64,000 nt of DNA from Candidatus Poribacteria bacterium (GTDB lineage Bacteria > Poribacteria > WGA-4E > PCPOR2b): contig OZ242351.1 of the NCBI GenBank assembly GCA_965208675.1, positions 800,001 to 864,000 of the forward strand, given 5' to 3'. Positions 58,035-64,000 of this stretch are shown one piece after another; position 1 is the first letter of the stretch; each line of letters opens with the position of its first letter. The position numbers and the translations under genes were made by a program. The notes beneath the pieces are model-generated. The model did no database searches, had not been told where the DNA came from, and was given only the letters and a program-made list of their open reading frames with translations.

Positions 58035-59207
58035 ATGAGTCAATCGTGGATCCGAAGCGGCAATGAAGTGCTTGCAACTCTGCAAGATGTTGTTGCAACT
58101 GAAAGCGTGAACCCCGATTTGCCCGGCGGCTGTCGGGGCGAGATTGGCATGGTGGAATATATCTCTGATTTCTTCGACGCCGTAGGGATCCCTTATGCAA
58201 CACATGAAGTCCTACCGGGGCGGAGTAACATTGTCGCTACACTTGAGGGTGTAAACCCTGACCGTGTGTTGTTGTTTGAATGCCATATGGACACAGCTAG
58301 CGCCGACATCATGACCATACCGCCCTTTGAACCGCACATTCGCGAAGATTTATTGTACGGCCGCGGTGCGTCTGACACGAAGGCCGGCGGGGTGGCGATG
58401 ATGCATGCCATGAAACGGCTGAAATCGGCAGGCGTCAAACCGCCGTGCACCATCAAATACGCAGGCGCCGTGGATGAAGAATACCGCTTTCGAGGCGCGC
58501 TGCACCTTGCAACAACCGTCAAGGCGGACGCGGCGATTATCGCGGAACCAACTGAACTCGCTGTCATCCGTGCGCACAAGGGTATTGCACGTTTTCGAAT
58601 TGTAGTCAAGGGTATCGCGGCGCACAGTTCTAAGCCGCAGCTCGGTGTCAACGCCATATCCAAGATGGCTCGGATTATCAGCGCAATTGAAAGCGAAATT
58701 GTGCCGATGTACAATAAAAGTGTCCATCCTCTTGTCGGTAGTCCAACCGTGAATGTTGGCGTTATTTCCGGCGGGACACAGTTTAACTTCGTACCAGACC
58801 GATGCGTCATTGAGGTTGACCGGCGTGTCATACCCGGACAGACTCCGGAGGCGGCACTTGATGAGTTTCGCGAACTGTTGTCACGCGCTCAAGCGGTGGA
58901 TTCAGAGTTAGACGCATTTTTGGAGGAACCGTTTTTGCTGGATGGAGCCATGGAAACACCTGAAAGCGCGGCCATTGTTCAGACCGCAATCAATGCTTGC
59001 CGCGTTGTGCAAGGCGACGCGGCAATCACGGGTGTTCCTTATGGCACCGATGCCAGCAAATTTACGGCAGTCGGCATTCCTGCGATTGTCTTCGGTCCGG
59101 GCAGCATCGACCAAGCCCACGCCGCCGTGGAGTGGATATCTTGTGAACAAGTTCTAACGGCTGTAGACATTTATCAACAGATAATGATGACTGACCTTTC
59201 AGTTTGA
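58035..59207 (+). CDS. M20 family metallopeptidase (ArgE/DapE-like)
   Basis: HMDT, LYGRGASDTKAG, DEE, EPT, AHSSKP, GPGSIDQAH. Confidence 0.93.
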   Translation: MSQSWIRSGNEVLATLQDVVATESVNPDLPGGCRGEIGMVEYISDFFDAVGIPYATHEVLPGRSNIVATLEGVNPDRVLLFECHMDTASADIMTIPPFEPHIREDLLYGRGASDTKAGGVAMMHAMKRLKSAGVKPPCTIKYAGAVDEEYRFRGALHLATTVKADAAIIAEPTELAVIRAHKGIARFRIVVKGIAAHSSKPQLGVNAISKMARIISAIESEIVPMYNKSVHPLVGSPTVNVGVISGGTQFNFVPDRCVIEVDRRVIPGQTPEAALDEFRELLSRAQAVDSELDAFLEEPFLLDGAMETPESAAIVQTAINACRVVQGDAAITGVPYGTDASKFTAVGIPAIVFGPGSIDQAHAAVEWISCEQVLTAVDIYQQIMMTDLSV

Positions 59208-59239
59208 TTGTTAGGATTTTCGAACAGGAGGAAAAAGAT

Positions 59240-59710
59240 ATGTTATCGGTAAAGCAACTGGGACACGTAGGGATATTTTGCACGGACCTGCAGACGTCAA
59301 AGGAGTTCTATACTCGTATCCTTGGTCTCACCGTCACCGACGAGGATCCCGAAGGCCGCTTAATATTTCTCAGTGCGCGGCCTGAAGAGGAGCACCATGA
59401 AGTCGCCCTCTGCCCGGGCAGGGACACGCCGCCGGGGGCGAAGGTCATCCAGCAGATTTCCTTCATCGTGGAGGATCTTGCTACACTGAAACAAATTTAC
59501 CAACATCTCAAGCAAAATGGTGTGCGCTTCCGAAGCGTTGTGAGCCACGGCATGTGCATCGCTATCTACTTCTACGATCCCGACGATAATGTCCTTGAGG
59601 TTTACGCGAAGACCCCGTACCGAACGCCGCAGCCGTATATAGAGGACGTAAATCTCGATCTGACAGAACAGGAGTTGCTAGCCATTGCTGAAGCAAGCCT
59701 CCAGTCTTAG
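59240..59710 (+). CDS. VOC family protein
   Basis: LGHVGI..FYTRILGL, HHEVAL, IYFYDPDDNVLEV; ATG 59240 after AGGAGG. Confidence 0.88.
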   Translation: MLSVKQLGHVGIFCTDLQTSKEFYTRILGLTVTDEDPEGRLIFLSARPEEEHHEVALCPGRDTPPGAKVIQQISFIVEDLATLKQIYQHLKQNGVRFRSVVSHGMCIAIYFYDPDDNVLEVYAKTPYRTPQPYIEDVNLDLTEQELLAIAEASLQS

Positions 59711-59786
59711 CTTTGGTACTCTCAAATTTATTTGGTATGGCGTTATAGTATTATACTAACTACAGTGAATACTAGGAGATTATTCG

Positions 59787-61097
59787 ATGACTGAAACACG
59801 CAAACCGTATGTTTATGTTACGCTAGAAGGTCCTGATGATGGCGGTGATTTTGGGCCGAATACACCGGGAACCAAAACGAGCGGTTTCCAAGAAGCCATA
59901 GATTACGCACACGAAATCTGTAGGGATGTTTACGTCTTTGGGGGGAGAGGCGGAATGCACGGCGGCGAAGGCATACCACACAATGTGTATACGCTTGATG
60001 AGACGTTACGGATTCCTTGGAGTCAGGATTTTCGAATGGATGGTGGAAATTATCTGTTGGCCTATCAGCCGTCTAGCGGTGATGCAATACATATTGACAG
60101 CCAGATGAATTGCAGGTACAAGCTTGGTCTCCTTACTTGCGCTTCCGACGGCGCCACCGTCCGAATTAAACCGGAGACACCAGGTCCTGACGATTTTGTT
60201 GCTATTACTGCCAGTATTTTTGATTTCTCTGCGATCTGTTCTCAGGGAACCGGAATTGTTATTGATTCCTCTGAAGGGCTCATTATCAATAGTAAAGTCT
60301 TCGCCGAAGAAACGAACACACGCAAGCAGGGCGTCTATGTCACCGACGATGGCGGGTCGGGGCAATGGATTAGCAACAATCACATACAAGTAATGTATGG
60401 GAACCAATATCACGCCCATGCGAACTGCACGGGACTTCAGCTCGGCGACCCCGGATCAAGCAAGATAGTAAACAATACGTTTGAGATGTCGTTCCATTCG
60501 CCGAGAGGCGCATACTTGGATCCTGAGACCAAGAGATATCTGACTGCTGAAGACTTTGTCCCGGAAAATGCGGTAGGGGCAGATATTTTCGCTCAACGGA
60601 ATGTGCTGAACTTGTCATTTTACGGTAAAAGGTCTTCTGGACAGGACATAATTTTTGAGCCAGAATCGAGGGATAATACCATACACGCCTTCAACCTTCC
60701 GAATGGTATCACAAACCGGGCTACGGTGCCTACGAATCGAATCGTACCCAATTGGCCTATCGGTTTCGATTTGCCCACTCCACCAGTTCCGGCGTCGGGA
60801 GAATCGCTGGTGAATACCACCCCATACACTGCACAAATCATCATTCTTGCAACGGGTGAAGTCTCAAGTTGGACGCTAACGGATGCCGAAAGCCCCGATC
60901 AGACCTATCCACGAAACCTCAGTCTCGCGGACAATCTGAATCGACCGCAACTAACGGCGCCACCGCCTAGAGCACCAATTAACCAAACTATTTCTGCAGG
61001 CTTTTTCCCCGGACAGACAATTGTTTTGGAACCTGGGGAAAACATCCAACTCACGTATTCACAGGCGCCAACCTGGCGATGGAAGGCGTTAAGGTGA
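59787..61097 (+). CDS. Hypothetical protein, probable beta-helix (pectin lyase-like) fold
   Basis: DGGDFGPNTPGTKTSGFQEAIDYA cap, then short Asn/Gly-rich beta repeats; RBS AGGAG. Confidence 0.6.
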   Translation: MTETRKPYVYVTLEGPDDGGDFGPNTPGTKTSGFQEAIDYAHEICRDVYVFGGRGGMHGGEGIPHNVYTLDETLRIPWSQDFRMDGGNYLLAYQPSSGDAIHIDSQMNCRYKLGLLTCASDGATVRIKPETPGPDDFVAITASIFDFSAICSQGTGIVIDSSEGLIINSKVFAEETNTRKQGVYVTDDGGSGQWISNNHIQVMYGNQYHAHANCTGLQLGDPGSSKIVNNTFEMSFHSPRGAYLDPETKRYLTAEDFVPENAVGADIFAQRNVLNLSFYGKRSSGQDIIFEPESRDNTIHAFNLPNGITNRATVPTNRIVPNWPIGFDLPTPPVPASGESLVNTTPYTAQIIILATGEVSSWTLTDAESPDQTYPRNLSLADNLNRPQLTAPPPRAPINQTISAGFFPGQTIVLEPGENIQLTYSQAPTWRWKALR

Positions 61098-61224
61098 TTC
61101 TGCTGCGTCTGCGTATCCCAATGCAGCAAACAGAGCATTTATTTCTGTATGGACGGAAAAGCTATCGAATGAATTCGTGAATTTTCTAAGGCGGCGGAAA
61201 GAAGAGATAGCTTAATCGACTCTG

Positions 61225-62523
61225 CTAATAAGCTGCGTGGATAGTAAGCGAAGCGATGTGGTTGGTAAATTTCAGAAAGTCGAAAATTTTGGCTGTTTCG
61301 TTAGTACTATTTTTGGTGAGTTGGTAATCACCGAGTAGGTTAAGGCGGTCCCGGAGTTGCCAATTGAATCGGAGATTCAAGCCCGTCTGATTGTCCTTGC
61401 GTTTCTCGGCGTTTCCGTTTAGAACCAGCCCCTCGCCGCGTACTTCTCGCTCATCGAAATAAATTCCTAAACGGGACAGGCGCACGCGAGCCCAATTATT
61501 GCTGTCAATTTTGTAGAATGCGCTCATCGCTATTTCGATACTGGAATAGTCGTAGAAGCCGACATCAGAGTTGTTCAAGAACAGATTTAATTCTTCTTGC
61601 AATACAAATTGATCGGTCGGAATCTCGACCAGCTTGGCGGATAGAAATTGGCGCAGGTCTGTTCGCGATTCATCCCCTTGCAAGCCCGCAATAAATTGCA
61701 CGAGATTGTTCAGATTATTTCTGTAGTTCTCTCCTTCAATCGAATATTCAAACTTTCCCAATAAACGATTCACTATCCCCACCTGTATACGTGCCACGCC
61801 CTGATGACTCGTGGATCCGACAAGCAGAAAATCCTCCCGCCTTGTCAGGTCATCATCGAATGAGCGCGCGCGGAGATTGTATTCCAATAACTTACCGAAC
61901 CGGAAATTGATTTGGCGCTGTATGCTATCATAGGTGTCATCCCGCCGATCCAATCGCTGTAGTTGGTGTGATAAGCTAAGAAGTGGAAGTTTATCAGTCG
62001 GACGAAAATTAAGTTCTGTCAGAAAGAGATCTGTGAACGCATCAAATTCGTTGAGTTGTCCGTTTTCGCCGCTATAGTTTTCCAGTTGCGGAAAATACTG
62101 GAATTTCAACCCGAAATGAGATCCAAGCGGCAGAGTTCCTTGAAAGTTGACTCCGGCTTGATTTACAATACCTTGAAGCTGCGGGCTTTCGCGTCCCGCA
62201 AGGCTACTCGTATTGGGATCGATGCTCAAACCAAATTCAAGATGATTATTGAACGTATTGCTAAGCTGATAATCAACGGTTAGCTCGGGTTCAAAGATTG
62301 CCGGTTCTTCAATCTCTTGTTCAAACAATTCTTTGCCAAATTGCCTTTGAATCTGGGCCGAGGAGTTCAACACGCCGAATGTCAATTGGACAAAAATGCA
62401 AATCCAGATTGGCAGTTTAAAGCTGGCACGACTTATCTGTTGTTGCAATTGAACGTTCCTATTCCTTTCTAAGCTGAAATTAAGGATTGCAGGGGCATGA
62501 TTCGCGGTCAAAATATACCGCAC
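61225..62523 (-). CDS. Putative outer-membrane beta-barrel protein
   Basis: Signal-like segment, alternating amphipathic strands, terminal aromatic residue (..LTIHAAY). Confidence 0.65.
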   Translation of the reverse strand: MRYILTANHAPAILNFSLERNRNVQLQQQISRASFKLPIWICIFVQLTFGVLNSSAQIQRQFGKELFEQEIEEPAIFEPELTVDYQLSNTFNNHLEFGLSIDPNTSSLAGRESPQLQGIVNQAGVNFQGTLPLGSHFGLKFQYFPQLENYSGENGQLNEFDAFTDLFLTELNFRPTDKLPLLSLSHQLQRLDRRDDTYDSIQRQINFRFGKLLEYNLRARSFDDDLTRREDFLLVGSTSHQGVARIQVGIVNRLLGKFEYSIEGENYRNNLNNLVQFIAGLQGDESRTDLRQFLSAKLVEIPTDQFVLQEELNLFLNNSDVGFYDYSSIEIAMSAFYKIDSNNWARVRLSRLGIYFDEREVRGEGLVLNGNAEKRKDNQTGLNLRFNWQLRDRLNLLGDYQLTKNSTNETAKIFDFLKFTNHIASLTIHAAY

Positions 62524-62611
62524 TCAATTGGCCGGTCATCGTATATTAAATTTAACACGTCCGCTCGCTTTTAAAAAGTAATCTCTTCTTATGGGAAGTA
62601 GCGATTCGGAA

Positions 62612-63823
62612 TCAACTGCAAGCGACGCCCATCACACAAGCGAACTTTCCATCAACGGATAAACTGATCGGGGGATGCTGCGGCAAATCAACTGCGGATA
62701 TGACTCTGTAATTCTCATCATCGGCGGCATCGGCAATCAAGAATACACCGTTGCTACTTGTCGTACAAAGCGTGATTCCCATGAGTTGAATTTCAGTAAT
62801 CCGCCCCAGTAAGTTATCAGGCACGCGGACGGTCTTGCTCCATTTATCTTGTTCCATCAGCAAAACGCTACGAGGCGTAATGGCGGCATGCGTGGGCGTT
62901 CGATCGCTAATCTTGCGCTTTTCACTAAAGTAAAGATGCGCGAGATGGCTTGCGGCCGGATGAAAATATTTAAACTCTCCACGTATTGATGAAAGGCTGC
63001 GCCGTGCCAAGGCGATGCTTTGCCACGATCTCGAATCAACATATACCAGATGATCTTGTGAAACGCGCATCTTGTCAAACCACCCGTGAAATTCCAAAAG
63101 GTTCGTTCGATTCAATAATTCTTCCCAAATTTCAGGAGAAAACGACGGAGAATTAGGAAGCTGGATTATTTGAACCTTCGCTCCGTCGGCTCACACGCCA
63201 AGCAGCCAATAGTCATAAACTGTTACGGACTGGATCAGTCGAGGATGAACGGGGTCCGCTAAATCTAGAACGTGCAAATAGTGGTTTGTATCCATCACAT
63301 AAGCATAGGAGGCGTGGAGATTGATGTCCCGCACGGGCATGTTTTCATAAGATTCAGGACCGCCTGTCCACATAACAACTGGTTGGTGTGGATTCGATAT
63401 GTCCACTGTGTGCAGCCCATGACTGCTGCCAACATAAAGAAAATTCTGATATAATCTTACTTGATTGATTTTACCGGGCAACTCGACAGATGCAACAATC
63501 TTTAGATTCTGAGGGGTAGAGAGATTGATTATGTACAGCCCGCCGCTAGTTGTTGTACAGGCATACCCCTTCGAGAAAATAACATTGTTGTTTTTGTTGC
63601 TAAACGATTGAAGAGCAATTGAACTGAGAACTCGGGGATTTTGAAAATCCGATACATCAAGAATCGACAAAACGGTTTGATTATCGTTGACTCCGGCGGA
63701 CGTTACTTTGTTCTGTTCGATACCGATTACACTGCAACTCAGATGAACCAACATGATGAGGGTAAAAAACAATACCATCAGAGAAAATTTAACTGCTTGC
63801 CGATTCACATTTCGTGCACGCAT
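62612..63823 (-). CDS. LVIVD-repeat lipoprotein with one in-frame TGA at 63191-63193 (nonsense or recoded)
   Basis: LSC lipobox; ILDVSD..NP, IINLSTP, TVDISNP, VLDLADP repeats; ORFs 63191-63838 and 62612-63115 are in frame with no other stop between. Confidence 0.7.
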
Positions 63824-63887
63824 TGTTTGTCCCTCCATTGCGTAAACGGGAGTAGGTTGATGACCGCGTGTGAGCAGCGTACAATCA

Positions 63888-64000
63888 TTAGTAAATTGTG
63901 CAGACGCCGCCTGCGCAACTGCTGCCGGCTTTCTGAGTAATATCCCCGGCGACAGCGGATTCCTCGCTGGCTTCGAAATCCGCCAGCACTTCGGCAGTTT
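63888..64000 (-). CDS. 3' end of an unknown CDS entering from outside the window
   Basis: Open frame ..EVLADFEASEESAVAGDITQKAGSSCAGGVCTIY-TAA. Confidence 0.5.
   Translation of the reverse strand, partial: TAEVLADFEASEESAVAGDITQKAGSSCAGGVCTIY

Noticed and set aside
1-64000. Genome-wide TGA reassignment (code 4/25)
   Set aside because: Conserved genes such as moxR, mtnN-adjacent nuclease, vWA and SDR end at TGA at the expected positions

Overview
Bacterial chromosomal window of about 50% GC. It is probably Candidatus Poribacteria, inferred from a LamG protein with the C-terminal 'AVEPxxKLATTWGxLK' motif and a giant ECF-sigma fusion. It holds scattered housekeeping genes (mtnA, 2-oxoacid dehydrogenase E2, def, larE, glcF, nagA, Na+:solute symporter, M20 peptidase). 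It also holds a MoxR/vWA/DUF58/ABC envelope locus running toward a 2617-aa TPR-alpha-2-macroglobulin, interrupted by a MITE, a secreted MTA/SAH nucleosidase fusion, a GmrSD-like nuclease and a frameshifted TonB receptor. No rRNA, tRNA or CRISPR array was seen. The top finding is a gene missed by the ORF track (21924-22601): signal peptide, then two in-frame TGA codons as U-S-A-U followed by a SECIS-like hairpin, then a beta-barrel-like domain, i.e. a candidate exported UxxU selenoprotein. Other notable items are a circularly permuted LamG domain inserted in a membrane protein, an orphan divergent Cas6, a catalytically degenerate pyrophosphatase overlapping mtnA, a tandem Hfq/Sm-like protein, a second in-frame TGA in an LVIVD lipoprotein, and a BrnT/BrnA relic.
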